Assembly (NCBI GenBank): GCA_012295275.1 | Contig: CM022673.1 | Coordinates: 8,866,001-8,930,000, forward strand | DNA: 64,000 bases | Source: Chrysomallon squamiferum | Lineage: Eukaryota > Animalia > Mollusca | Direction: 5' to 3' | Shown: piece after piece, positions 30,660 to 47,162 of the stretch | How positions within the stretch are numbered: position 1 is the stretch's first letter | How the letters are laid out: each line of letters opens with the position of its first letter | The notes under the pieces: model-generated | Seen by the model: the letters and a program-made list of their open reading frames with translations, nothing else | The model's database searches: none | Told to the model about the DNA's origin: nothing | Program-made: the position numbers and the translations under genes

Positions 30660-31888
30660 TTCCTTCCTCAGTCAGCCTTTACTCAGTTTGAAATAAAAGA
30701 GTTTTTACAGACAAACTCAAGCCACTTCTCATTTGGTGTTATTTGATGTGTAACTAATATCTCTGTGTGTTATGGAAAATCGTCACGGCCCAATTGTCTC
30801 TAAGATCAAAACGTTATGGTGCGTTCTCAGATTAAATCAATTTAATTTACCCCGAGCGTGATCGGACCAAACGTTCAGATGGTATAGGATCAATACATAC
30901 CATCTGCCAAGACTAAGGTGCGTTATATGCAGCTTTGCTTCTTGATTTAACTTGTTGCATTCCGAGCATTGTGATGTCTGGAACCAGATGGTACAGAGAA
31001 TGTCGAAAAAAGATTAAGATTTATTTTTCTCTCTATAATTTGTTTTCTTTATGTTTTCTTATTTTTTCTTATTTTTGTTCGTTTGTTTATTTTTTCTGTA
31101 TAAGCTAGACGGAATCCGTTTCATGCTGAAAAAAACAGCTAGTCTCTTTGTGTGTATGTATGTGTGCTTTGTCTTTTTTTGCGTGGGTCTATGCACATAC
31201 AGCATCAGAAGTAAGTGTAGCTGTAGTAGTAATAGCAGCAGTAGTAGTCGTAGTAGAAGAAGAAGAAGTGAGTAGTAGCAGTAGCAACAACAGCAATAAT
31301 CTACTCTCTTCAAACAACAAGATATGAGGGCCTGGATAATAATGAAGCAGAATTTTTCAAGCATGCTGGATGTTAACACAATATCTGACTTAACCTGAGA
31401 GCTCTGTCTGTCAAATTACTACAGCAAAATTTACTAAATCCCTGCTGCTAATAGACTTATTACTGGACATTTACCGCGAGTCATTGGCTAACAACCACGC
31501 ATTTTGTCTGTAATACGTGCTCTCAGTAAATATTGGAATCCAGAGTGAAATTATGACAACGTTGACGTTAGAAACCAACACTGAACACGCGAATGTGTAG
31601 GAGGAAATGAGTAACGAGAAGATATGAAAGAAAGAAATAAAGAAAGAAGATAAGTTTATGGATAGATGACAGACAGACAAGCAGACAGATAGATAGACAG
31701 ATAGAGGGAAGAAAGGATGAATGGATGGATATATATATACAGATAAACAGATATTTAGATAGATAGATGGATAGACAGACTGATAGACAGATAGATACTT
31801 ACAGACGGATGAATGAAAGGATGGATAGAAAGATAGATGCAAACATAGATAAATACATAGATAGATACATAGATAGATAGATGGATAG

Positions 31889-31920
<32 letters not shown>

Positions 31921-32709
31921 AAATAAAAATAAAAAGTAAACTATTAATGCTTGAAATAAGCACAAGAGTAGAGAGTACGAAATACAAAAAAATTAAATAT
32001 TTAAAAAAATTCAATTCAATTAAAATTAAAAAAAAACACAAAAAACCCCCCAGAAACATAAAACCTATATAAAAACCTATATAATTTAAAAAAAAAAATA
32101 AATAAATAAATAAAAAAATAATAATCATCTACTCGATTAAATTTCTTGAACATTTCTACTTCAGTAAACAGGCGAAGAGATATCTACTGACAGCCGAAAC
32201 AAACAAAACACTCTCCGCTGAGTCTGAATTGAATCGGAATGACAGGTGATCTTTTAGCAATTCAAACAACAACACGTTCTTTCTTCTTTTTTTTTTTTTT
32301 TTAACAATTTTTTTTTTTTTTTTTTTTTTTTTAAATATTATTTCTCTTTCGGTTTAATCAGACTGTAAAATATGGCCTGTGTTGAAACACAGAAATATTC
32401 AGATGAATTTCTGCATTGCGTTCTAGTCGATCAATCAGTTTTATGTTTGAATCGTTTTAATTCCTTTGCCGAGCCAAGAACGTTTATTTGGGGAATGCAG
32501 AGTTTAAGCCTGGGTTGTCTGCCTTTGTCAGCGTTAGTTCGTTAGATGGTTAGTCAGAGTGAAGATGTCACACACTTACAGAAAATAAATTCGGAAAAGA
32601 AGTGTTACAAAAATACGACTCCACTGATTATGTTTCTTTACAGTTTTACTGATTCTTTCTCTCTTTCTGTATTTGTGAACCATTCATTCTTTCTATCTCT
32701 CTCTATACT

Positions 32710-32744
<35 letters not shown>

Positions 32745-33530
32745 GTCTATTTATCTCCCTGTACACTTCTCTATCCTTCTTTCTATATATTTATCTATAT
32801 ATCTACTTATCTATCTAATATTTATATATATATAAATATATATATATATGTCTGTCTGACTGTCTGTATATATATATCATTCTCTCTGTATATTTTTATA
32901 TATATTATTCTCTCTGTATATTTATCTATCCATCCATCCATTTATCTATTGCCTCAGATATTATTTTTGACAGTATCTCCTGACATTTCATTTCAATATT
33001 GATAGTAATTACGTAAAATAAAACAGTAAAACATTATAATAAATAAATAAATAAATAAATAAATGTATAAATAAATAAATAAATAAATGTATAAATAAAT
33101 AAATGTATAAATAAATAAATTAATTAATTAATAAACAAAACAAAACAAAACAAAAACAAAAACATCATGAAACTCTACAACCATTTTCAGATAACTTGTT
33201 TTCCCCTTTAAAATACCGTTGTTCAGAATATTCAGTGTTAATTTCATAATTACTGGAATGCTAGCCCAACACAAACATTAATTTTGTCTGTGTAATTTCC
33301 TACAACTGCGATTTACATGATTTTCCTCTTAGAGATTTTTGAAACTGTTTTACGGTAATCGGCGTTTTCTGTATGTTTGCGGAATAAGTTTACGGAAACA
33401 CACGAACGATAATGACAAATATAATAACGGAAGGTTAAGGTAAAGTAAAAATAAACAGTAACAACAAGTATAGCAATATTTTGTACAGAAGTTTATAAAG
33501 TTTCAAATCACAGTTACTTAATGTATTATA

Positions 33531-33532
33531 TA

Positions 33533-33619
<87 letters not shown>

Positions 33620-33737
33620 TTTTTTTTTCTGTAGTAGCAGCATGAGCAGCATTAATAGTAGTAATAGTAGTAGTAGTAGTAGTAAAATAATAGTTAGAAG
33701 TAGTAGAAGTAGTAGCAGTAATAATAGTAGTAATATT

Positions 33738-33769
<32 letters not shown>

Positions 33770-33797
33770 CAGTAGTAGTGGTAACAGTAACAGTAAT
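33531..33797. repeat. (ACT)n followed by degenerate (AGT)n in the opposite orientation
   Basis: Pure (ACT)n at 33531-33617, a T-run, then an AGT/AGC-rich tract. Confidence 0.9.
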
Positions 33798-34240
33798 GTA
33801 AGATCTGGCAATAATAGCTGCAGTAATTTTTAACATTTTCAGTTTAATCACTAAAAAAAAAGTATTAAGAAAGAAAAAGAATATGAAAAAGGAACGAAAA
33901 GAAGAAGAAGAAAAACATCACTACTTGAAATTATTTAATTAACAAAACTAATCTGTCGACAATCAAAAGTTATAAATGAGCCCAGAGTTTAGTTATAAAA
34001 TGCATTCGCTTCAAATTAAATCGATACAAACATTTTCCGGGTCAACTGATGGAATCCAGCCCATTCTGTTACACGAAACAATTAGCGGCAAAGTAAAAAC
34101 AAAGCGTTCCCGCAAGAATAACGTTGTGTTCGGCAAAATCGTTCACATTAATAATGTACATTAGAATAATAAGAATTGATGTAGTTTTAATTAGAAACAT
34201 TTTGCGGTAAATTAATAAATAAAGCGATATTGACAGAAAC

Positions 34241-35043
<803 letters not shown>

Positions 35044-35373
35044 ATTTTGTTTTTCTCCCTCTTCCCCTGTCTCTCTCCATCTTGGCTGTTTATATATTTT
35101 ATTTACATCTTTCTCTGTCACTCATTCATCCATCTTTCTAATACTGATATCTCTCTCTCTCTTTCTTTTTCTCTCTTTTTCATTGTTTTACATTTCTTTC
35201 CGTCAGAACCTCTGAATAGATCAAATAAGTTTCAAATTATTTAACTGACTTGTTTGCGTTTTTTTTCTTACATTTCTATGACTTCTGATTTTTTTGATTT
35301 ATTTATTTATTTTTCATTTTTGTTTATGTCAGTGTTAAATTCAAATTAAAAATGATCGTATATGGTCACTGGT

Positions 35374-35441
35374 GCGCCATCTAGCAAAAATATTTTGAAA
35401 ACGTGACTGAGGACTTGTGACAATAACGCGACATCTACCGG
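35374..35441 (-). promoter_or_regulatory. Pair of co-oriented CTCF-like motifs (candidate insulator)
   Basis: GCGCCATCTAGC at 35374-35385 and GCGACATCTACCGG at 35428-35441; reverse complements GCTAGATGGCGC and CCGGTAGATGTCGC resemble the CTCF core. Confidence 0.5.
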
Positions 35442-35632
35442 TAGCTGCCCCAATTAAAAGAGATCTGGTTCCAGAATAAATAGTTCTCCATGATAACCTC
35501 ACTCTTTTCGGCAATAAAGATTTGCAGAAAATGAAGATCGATTTAGACAATCACAGAAAGGTTTGTCCAGTGCATACGAACTTAAGGATTTAGTCAGTTT
35601 ATTCATCAATGTGAAAGACATTTTAAACAGAC

Positions 35633-35728
<96 letters not shown>

Positions 35729-36289
35729 AACAGAAATTACGCGATATCGTGTGAAATTTGCAAAACCATTCAAAACAGGATAATTTTTAATTTATTTTAT
35801 TTAAAAAAATATATATTTTTAATACATTAAATTGAATTATCTCACTCGCTCTCTCTCTCTTTCTTTCTCTCTTAAACTAAATATGTAAATAAAAATATAA
35901 ATAGATAAACAAACACACAAGCAAATATGAGTAAATATTTAAATTAATGCATAATAAATGGACACAAGTAAATCATTTAATTAATTAATCATTTATTATG
36001 GGTCCATTTATTATGCAATAAGGATAAAATCTCATCCATCCATAGGGCCTATTTTATTATATTTTATTTATTTATATTTGTTTTAAATCTATTAAGTACT
36101 GAATGTAAATTTCAACTTCATTCTTCTGTTTGTATCTGTCACCTTCTGTAGAAAAAAAAAATATTACACCATGTTCTTTTTCCATCGCGTAAAAAATATT
36201 TTAAAAATTTGTAAATCTATACGAATCCACATTACTCTATCGACAGCCTAATATCGTTAAATGCGTGTTCTGTTAATGTCCACAACCCT

Positions 36290-36320
<31 letters not shown>

Positions 36321-36800
36321 TTAACCAGTTTATAAAAGCGCCCTTGAGTAGCGATGTAAACCTGATAACAAGCTTATCATGGCGACTTCGGGTTAATGCA
36401 AGGTTCTGAAATTTGCTCCTATCTGTTAATCCCGATCTTTTGTGGGTTGTAAGCCAAAAACGCGTCGACTGAAGTAGCAACAAGGAATTTTCCGGGATGC
36501 GAGAAAGATCTTAGCTGATTAAGAATGTTTCCACCACCTCTCCATCCCGTTTTACAATTACCAAAGTATAATTTGATTTATTACGCGCCCGAACCGCGTT
36601 CGATTATCATTTGTTGACGGGGGTTGCTGAGATTGCGTTGTCGTGTTCTAAACGTTTTCTTATTTGTTGGTGAAGAAGAAGACGAATCATTTATAGGTGT
36701 GCGATTACAAAAGTCCACCTCAGAGTTGTTTTCTCTTTCTAATCATTTATAATTGTTCTCAAGTGGGGAAGAGCATAAGATGGAGGGAGAGCAGACGGGT

Positions 36801-36896
<96 letters not shown>

Positions 36897-37754
36897 TTAT
36901 CTGAATAGATAGACAGACATATAATTAGATAGATAGGTAGATAGACAGAGAGACAGACAGATACATAGACGGACAGATATACAGAAAGATAGATAAAATA
37001 GATATATAGAAACATACATAAAAAACAAACACACACAGATACACATAAAGACATTATTCATACATACGTATATATATATATAGAGAGAGGCAGATATACA
37101 CACAGATATATAGATATACAGTGGCACACAGATAGACACAGAAAGAAAAAGAAAAGAAATAAATAAATTAAATAAACGAATGAACGAACGAAATGAATGA
37201 ATGAATGAATAAAACGAAGAGAGAGAGAGAAAGAACAATCAATGATCGACAGATTTCTAAATTAAGGACAATGACTTCGTTATCGAAGTTAATAATCTGA
37301 AATAGAATATCGTTAAGAGCTGCAATGTGAGTGACAGTAAGAGGTCCTGGGAGACTTGCTCAGTTTCGCCAATTTCTCCTTCTTAAAGAAATCTTGTAGC
37401 AAACAGAGCTTTGTCATCTTCCATTTGTATTTTATCTTTTTACAGCCGAGCAATATATTTATATAATTTTATATATCTTTTTTTTCTTTTTCCTAATTTA
37501 TGTATGTATATGTATGTATATATGTGTGTGTGTATATGTGTATGTATGTGTGTATTTGTATGTATTTATATATGTATGTGTATGTATGTATGTATGTGTG
37601 TATGTAAGTATGTGTATGTTTGTATATATGTATGTATATATGTATGTATGTATCCATCAAACGATGGATGTGTATAAAAATGTATATATATTTGATGTAC
37701 GTATTGTGGCTTCTTTCTCACTTTCTTTCTCTCTCTCCTCCCTCTCTCAATCTA

Positions 37755-37852
<98 letters not shown>

Positions 37853-39776
37853 ATCGGCATCATGCAAATATTTCACTGATTAAATTCGACGTCGTGCGAA
37901 GATATCTTAATTGAATACACTGGAAAAAGGCGACTGATGTTAATGACAGCTTAAACTCTCAAAAAAAAAAAAAACATTTTCGTAAAGTTACACACACTGG
38001 GTTATTCGGTCAGTGAAGTCCCAACTTAGAATCTTAATTTGTTTGCTTTTGTCCATCGACTGATGCAATTACTTTAATGACAAAATTTTTGTCAAGCATT
38101 TTATACTAAGTGGTGTAAAATTAGAATTACAATTTGATTTGTTTGTGTGCTGTCAACACGCCATTGCAGAGAATTCGAATAAATTCGTTACGTTTGTAAG
38201 GCTGCAGTGATAAAATAAGAAATGAGATTTTACTGAAATAAAAAAAAAAAAAAAAAAAAAAAAAAATAAAAAAAAATAAAAAAAATAAATAAAAAGAGAG
38301 AAGAAAAGAAAATTAATTTAAATTAATAAAACAGGTAACTGATTTTTTTTTTTTTTTTTTTTGGTTATTTACTACATTATTACATTATTTAAAAATAATG
38401 ATAAAAATTAAATAAATAAATAGATAGATAAACAGACGTTCAGACAGTCAGAAAGGCAGGCAAGCAGAGAGGCAGATAGAGACAAGGAAACAAGAGACAG
38501 AAGGACAGACAGACAGATAGATAGATAGATAAATAGACAAATAGATAAATAGATAGATAGAGAGAGAGAAAGAGAGAGACGTTAAATACATAAACCCATA
38601 TACTGTAGCTTTGGAATATATGATATAGAAATAAATCAAATTCTGTGTACATAGGTCAGTGCTAAACCAGCAAACTATAACAATAGCCATTTTTATTATA
38701 AATTATTTTTCTTTTTTAATTTCTTTTTCTTTTCTTTTTAATACAGAAAAACTATTTAACTGTCTTTCTATGGAAAGAAAACGATTTGACAGTGATCGAT
38801 CTTTACGTCACATAAAACTCTTAATAATTTCTTTTATTTCTTCTTTCCTTTTTCCTTCATTCTGTTTGTCTTTTCTTTGCAGAAACTCATTATAATTTTT
38901 ACATACTGTACAGAACCCACAACGTCTTAATGCAATTGCTTGAACCTAACTATGTTTAAGCGTTATGAATTTCTGGTCTTTCAGAGTTCATCTGGTCATT
39001 CTTTGTGCTGCTGTCAAAATGTTTTGACCCAACATCGTCATATTAGGAATGTCGTGATTGTACCACATGCCTTATTCGATTATAATTGACACTCAACTGC
39101 ACAAGCTTAAACAAAATTCGCATGCCAGATTTTTTGTTTGTTTATGTTGGTTCGTACAGGCGTTTGTATTTGCTCTGTAGCTTTTGTCAAATCCTACTTG
39201 ATAAAGACGAGTGACCGCAAGAACAATTGACTGTATATAACAAAAGAACAAAAACAAAAATTTAGCGACCCCTTGAATCACAGTCTGAATAAGGGGTTTA
39301 ACAAAATGAAATACGTAGTGGTAGTGGTAGTGGTAGTAGTAGTAGCAGTAGTAGTAATAGTAGTAATAGTAATAGTAGTAAGAACAGCAGAAGCAGTAGT
39401 ATTAGTAGTTGCAGCAGCAACAGCAACGGCAGTAGTAGAAGTAAATAATAATAATGATGATGATGATGATGATGATGATAAGATTAGGAAGCTTTCCACT
39501 CCTATTCGCCTTTGTCGAATTCCTTTTCTTTTTCTCCTCCTGTTGTTTTTGTTGTTGTTCTTACTAATGTTTCTTTAAATTTTTACACAGTTTTATTTCA
39601 TGCACAATCATATTGAGAAAGTCAGGCCTTTTTTATTTTGTTTGTTTGTGGGTTTTTTTGTGGTTTTTTTTTATCATTATCTTTATACATCGATAAATAT
39701 CCAAGCATAAGATTTGATAGTTGTCCCCTTCTTTGAAATATCGTTCATCATCATCATTTTCAAATTCTTATCCGTT

Positions 39777-39809
<33 letters not shown>

Positions 39810-39996
39810 CTGTTTCTTTATTTTTGGAGAACGATATTAAATATTTGACCAGTTATTTAAAAAAGGACATTTTCTGCCTTCCTTCAATATGTCTCTGTGT
39901 TTAATAAGCACCTAGGTTTCTTTTTCAAATAACTTTCCAAGCGACATTTACAGTCCATGACATTCAATAAACGAGACTGAAACTCTTTCGATTTTT

Positions 39997-40050
39997 CGGT
40001 GGATAGGGATCGATCCGGCAACCTTTGGTCTTATGGGTGCATAGCCCCAT
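39997..40050 (-). mobile_element. tRNA-derived relic (SINE head or tRNA pseudogene 3' half)
   Basis: Reverse complement CCCATAAGACCAAAGGTTGCCGGATCGATCCCTATCC resembles a tRNA anticodon arm to T-arm with a B-box; no intact 5' half or acceptor stem. Confidence 0.4.
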
Positions 40051-40514
40051 GAACTTCATTTATATATTACTAGAGATTTCTAAGTGTTATATCCTTTTTT
40101 TTATAAGCGTATTCCCCACCGACCTAACATTTATTGTTTTGTCCGAGTTGAAATAAATATTAAATATTCTACCTACTGTTTCCTAGCACCTTTTAGATAA
40201 TTCTGCATCCCATGATAGCTGTAATAGCGTGTTACCATTATTGTAGTGATTATTAATTAATTAAACTAATGTTATTGTATTTTAGCATAATAATATTCTA
40301 CTGGGTTTAGAACAAGGGGCCGATCGATTAGTTACAGAAGGGAGGGCAAAGGGTGTAGCTATTTTCCACCAAACCTATGTTGCAATATGTAAAAATAAGC
40401 CATTCATTTTTCAATGATGATGATAATGATAAATCGTGATATTTGTAGTAGCAGTATTGCAGTAGCAATAGAAGTAATAGTAGCGACGATAGTTGTTAAT
40501 GATGATAGCAGTAA

Positions 40515-40571
<57 letters not shown>

Positions 40572-41600
40572 ATTTACAACACTTAAATATTTATAAATAA
40601 TTATTTATTTACTCTGGCTCAATTCGTTTCACATTATCCTCTCTGCTGTCCCGTGGAACCTCCCTACCCTTAATCCTTGACCACTGATGACCAGTGATCT
40701 AAAGAGCAATTCTACTGGGGAGGAGGTGACACTGTGAATAATGAACAATATTAGAGACGGAGCGTTTGGGAGTGGCCTGGATTCAATCACATATCTCCAC
40801 AGTGTATTAAATAAATGGGCCCAGTGCGATCTTCACACCGCGGGGCACAGGTTAGGTGACAAATTGTAAATTTAATCCATCAGCGGATTCCGTTAGACTC
40901 ATTTCGTCGAGGGGAATTGGTGTCCAGAGACACGGTCTAACATTCTGCTGATAATTACAGCCACGGATGATTTTTATTTATTTATTTGTTCGTTTACATG
41001 TTTGGTTGTTAATTTTGTAGGGTTTTTTTTTTTTTTTTTTTTTATTTGGTCTGTTTGTTTGTTTGTTGGCTTAATAATATTTTTATTTGATTAGTTATTT
41101 ATTTTAAGTCAGTTCATTCGTTTGTTATTTTTTTTTTTATTTCGTTATTTACTTTTTATTTTTTTTTTTTTTTTATTTTTTTTTTTTTTTTTTCTAAAAT
41201 AGTTTTTCGTGTATTTATTTATTTATTCATTCATTCATTTATTTACTTGTTTGTTCATTTTTTTAGCATAAATGCATTCTTGTTTATTTTTCTCTTTTTT
41301 TTCTTCCTTTTCTTCTTCTTCATCTTCGTCTTCTAAACCTTTTTAAGTATTTACGTGTTATTTGCTTATTAACAAGTAATCGACTTTGTCCATACACTGA
41401 CATTTTTCCATATCGATAAGCATTTCATTTAGGAATGACTACTGAAGCATAAGTATTTCATTTTGCTGAGAGAGATAAACAGAACATGTCTATGCGCGGT
41501 TGTTTGACGGAGAGAAAAAACTGACATTAACTAAGAGAGAAATTTTGATCGAGAAGTAAGAGAGACAGAAAGAGAGAAAGACAGAGACGGAGAGAGAGAG

Positions 41601-41684
<84 letters not shown>

Positions 41685-42428
41685 CTGCAACATTCAGCAT
41701 AATCTGACATCGTGCATAATAGGTAAAGTCGGAAGAGAAATTCGAAACCTCATTAATGTACTCAGCTAATACTAAAATATTAAGATGATAAAAATATGAC
41801 ACACGAAAAACAAATAATTATTAGCAGGAAAAATAATCTTCTGGTTTCTTATAACATACAAAAAAACACACGAAAACATATTACAAATAATAGCAATTTT
41901 CTGTGTTTGCGAGTTCATGTAAGGACACGCGAATCTTTTAATATCTCCAGTGATCATAATCTCCTTTGTTTGACAAATAACAATGCTACTTTCTCATTAA
42001 ACGACGTGCATTTAGAATATTTTCGTATCATTACAACAATTAGAATTCATTAGCAGAAGCAATTAGTATTTCTGCTTATTCCCTCATGATGGTTGTGAAA
42101 CCAAAGTCTTAAAGACTGATTGATGGAACTCGAGATTGACAGACTCTAAGACCAGAGCCATCTACACTGTTGTTGTTGTTGTCCTCGACGATGTCGTAGT
42201 TTTGTTATCATCGTTTGTGTTTCCTTCTATTTTTTTAATTTTTTTTTTTTTTTCATTTCTGGATTTTATTTTATTTTATTTTATTTTATTTTATTTTATT
42301 TTATTTTATTTGAGGTATAAGCTAAAAATGATAATAATAATAAAAATGATGATGATGATTATTATTATTATGATTATGATGATGATAATGACGACGACGA
42401 TGGTAATATAACAATAACAACAACAACG

Positions 42429-42505
<77 letters not shown>

Positions 42506-43087
42506 CCATTCCACTGAGGATTTATATGTAATATTAAAATAGCAGTTTGGAAAATTAAAGATTGCTAATATAAATCTTATATTCTCATCACGTTCATCAT
42601 CGTCATCAGATACCATAATATCCATTATCATCATTCTTTGTCATCACTGTCAAGTCTTTTGTTATAATAACATAAGAACAATGTATCAACTTATTTTTTG
42701 TATTTTATTTGTGTTTATTATTAAATTTGAATGGCTTATCATATACATAATCCTTTTCTTTCTTTCTTTCTTTCTTTTTTCGTTTTTTTCTTTTTGTTCT
42801 TTTTTTTTTTTTTTTTTTTATTAATATTATTTTTTTGAAGTTATTTAATTTGGGCTGTCAGAAATGTCTTTTTGTTTCATCTCCTGTAGAAGATTTTATG
42901 ATCAGCTAAAACATTTTTTTTTTCTCCAGTCAATATAGAATAACTACTTGTCAAGAACGTAAAAAAATATTTTATATTTGAAAATGACAAACAAAAACGA
43001 AAAAAAAAAGCAAATAGGACATGGACTAACTCTTTGCTGATTGCAATATTATTTTTTTTATTTTATTTTATTTTATTTTATTTTATT

Positions 43088-43180
<93 letters not shown>

Positions 43181-43847
43181 CATCATTATTATTATTATTT
43201 GGTCCCTTTTTATTTGTATTAATAAAATGTTTTTATTTGCTACGTGTGTAATTCTGTTACTCACTTACTCCATTACATTGGATTCCACTTTACTAAAATA
43301 ATATTTCCCAGTCACAGATACGTGGGATTTCTTGAAAAGGGAAAACCATTACGGTGATGGAAATAACTTTCAAAATTAAACGAACGTTGGATTATTTGCG
43401 TTCTCCTCGACTGAATATATTATATTTTTTTTTCATACCTTTGTTCTGAGATCACTGAAAATTTCACCATTTTTATTTTATTGTCAGGAAACTGATTTTT
43501 GATAAGCTTTACAGGGCTGTTAATGAAAAAAAAAAATTGTTTTATTTCTTTTTCGTGACATGCCTGTGATCTTTCCAATTATGATATGTAACCTGAATAT
43601 CGTCAACAGCTTGTTTTACCATTGTGTCTGGACGCTATTTGCATGTACATGTTAAGAAATAACGCAAAGCTGTTAACTGTTATCAGCCACCAATATTAAT
43701 TAACCAGGTTTGTCGGGGTTGTTTTATTATATTATTTATTATTATTAGGTTTTTATTGTCTGTCTGTCTGTTTCTGTGTGTTTGTGAATATGTGTGTATG
43801 TATTATATATGTCCATATTCTCATACGTTTGCGAAAAAAAAAGAACA

Positions 43848-43943
<96 letters not shown>

Positions 43944-44106
43944 AAGACAGAGAGAGGAATTTGTTGTATTCTTTTTTCTTAACATCTTATTTATCGGCCA
44001 GTTTTCCTTTGATTCATCTTGTTCCACATCTTCACTTTTCTTATTGTCCGTAAAATGTAACTTTTTCCTCATCTATCCAATAAAACCCCATATCTCTCTC
44101 TTTCTC

Positions 44107-44294
<188 letters not shown>

Positions 44295-44891
44295 TATTTA
44301 TACTTCTTCGTCTGCCTGTCTGCATTTATAGTTATCTATATGTCTATCTGTCCATTTATACATCCATTTATCAATCTTCTCTTTATTTTTTAAAATTTGT
44401 GTTTATGTCGATCTATCTGTCTGTCTATCTACTAAATTATCTGTACGTCTATTTTCTTTATATTTGTCTGGCCTATTGTGTATCAGGGTATTCTTTATTC
44501 ATTTATTATTTAATATTTTGAACTGTGTAAAATAGCTTATATATCTGTATAGAAAAAACGATATTGATATACATCGAGTAACAGTGACATTTCTGTTTAA
44601 GCTAATTTACACAGTATAATTAATAATAAATGAGTGAAGAATATACATACGTTTTTACATAGGTTTAGACATATACATACGTATATACATACATACACAC
44701 ACGCATGAATGATTCATACGTACGTACATACATACATACATACATTAATCTTTATAGTGCATCGCCAAATAGATTCACAGTAAACAACAACGACAACAAA
44801 AAAACACCTATAGCAGCAGAATAGTTATAAGTATATTATTCTAAGTAAATTTCAAGAAGACAAATTCTGCATTCTAAACTGTATAATTATA

Positions 44892-44961
<70 letters not shown>

Positions 44962-45366
44962 CATCATTGTTGTTGTTGTTGTTGTAATTATTATCATCAT
45001 TATCATCATTTTGTCAAATTAACTGTTAGCTTAAAGTTCAATCATTCTTGATTTTCATGCCGAAATCAAACTCACACTGTCTGTAGAAAAAACAACAACA
45101 ACAAAAAAAAAAAAAAAAAAAAAAAATAAAAAATACACAAACAAACGAACAAACCAAAAAAATAAAATAAAAAGAAAAAAATTAAAATAAAATAAAGCAA
45201 AATAAACTAAAATAAAATAAAAAAGAATAAAATAATAATAAAAAACATTTAGATGGAGACTCTGATAAAAGAAGACATCGACGAGAAACTCCAGTGAAGA
45301 AATTGGTCTTTGAATAATTATAATTACCACTTTTAAACGTGTCTGCATATTGTTTATATAATGTGG

Positions 45367-45423
<57 letters not shown>

Positions 45424-46386
45424 TGTGTGTGTATCTGGATATGTTTTATCTAATGAGAACGGTTAATGCGCTGCCTTTTTTAAATTTAATTAGAATAATC
45501 TACCTTGTCTTAGATTATGTTCTCTCTGCTCTCCCCGCTCTCTCTTTCTCTCTGTTCACTGATTTATCTACTTATTTCTCTTTGTATATCTATATATCTT
45601 TGCATCAGTGTAAGTATGTATGTATCTACCTATCCAGATTATTTATCTATCTAAATATCTCTAACACTGTCTATTTAATTTATCTATCTATTTATCTATC
45701 TATCCGTTTAAGTTTGTTCCTAATCTTTCACTCTCTCGGAACCTCCCTTTATCATTGGGACAAACATCAGCTGATGATAGTCTTACTGAACTTATTTCTT
45801 TAAACAAACCAACCTTTGATCTGACATCCAAGTCTACTTTTTATTTAATATTTGAGTTTCTTTGATTAAAACACACAAAAAAGTCACAACTGTTACTTCA
45901 ATCGATAGGTTTTTGGGGGTTTTCTTTTAGCTAAACAATTTTTGCAAATAGAAGCATCTGAGAATTCTATTTGGATGATAAACACTTTCTTTAATTTGCT
46001 TTCTGACACTGAATTTAGTCTCAATAGTAACACTGGAAAGAAACGTTGAAATTATTCAGATAATTGGCATCTCTCTCTCTTGGGTAGATTTGTACAACTT
46101 TTGCATATTCCGTCAAAAACCATTGAAATAAAAACAGTCCGCATCTTCTGTTAGAAGTTCTATGAATAATAAAAAAAATATTTAGGAAAAGTAGCACTTT
46201 TTTGGCGATATAATAAATAAATAAGTAAATAAATGAAAACTTTAAAGGATCTCAGTAATCGGAAATACATAGAATCAAGAAAAAGACTTAGACTGTTTTA
46301 AAAGCAGTATGAGTTCCCTGACAAAAATTTATTAAAATTTTAATTTATTTTAATTTTTTTAAATTGTATTTCGTTGTCGATTTCTT

Positions 46387-46423
<37 letters not shown>

Positions 46424-47050
46424 AAATAAAAATAAATTATAAATAAATCAAAAAGAAAAGAAAGAAAAAAGAAGGGATGACAAAACAGTTGAGATGAAAT
46501 GTTCTTCTTCGCTTCTGGTAGTTTCAGATTTGAAATAGTCGGAGATCGATTGCTAGACAGTTACGTAATCACTGTGGTCAGAGATACGTGTTGTGATCGA
46601 ATCTAACCATCATCGGTGAAACAACGTACACAGACTTTGAACAAAGGTCTTTAGACTTGGCTCTTCTGAGAGATTTGCGTGTGATAGTAATTACCACAAA
46701 ACTGATCAAATCTGTTGACATAAATGACGTTGAAATCTTTTGTAAATAATTCGGAGAAAAAAAAAAAGAAGAGAAAAAATAAGAAAAGAAAATAAAAGAG
46801 AAAAAAAGAAAAAGGAAAGAAAGAGATGGCGTTTAATACTGTAATAAATTAAACAATTTACAGACATGAGATTGGGCCTATGATTGAAATTAACAGTACA
46901 CGTACAAATTTAGATGAATAAGATAGCACATTTAAACTGCGAGTAAAATTGTATTACGACTTGAATTACAAATATTGGAAGGCTTTAAGCTAACGTCAAA
47001 ATAATTAAATAGTTTTTGTTTGTAAATATATATATATTTTTTTTTTTTTC

Positions 47051-47131
47051 GTTACGGTATAGTTAAGCCTGCATTACATTCACTCTGTACATGAAATAAA
47101 CATTTGATAAAAAAAAAAAAAAAAAAAAAAA
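47051..47131 (+). mobile_element. Possible retroposed 3' fragment with poly(A) tail
   Basis: TGTACATGAAATAAACATTTGAT followed by an A-run of more than 20 nt decaying into (AAAT)n. Confidence 0.3.
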
Positions 47132-47162
47132 ATAAAATAAATAAATAAATAAATATCTTGAG

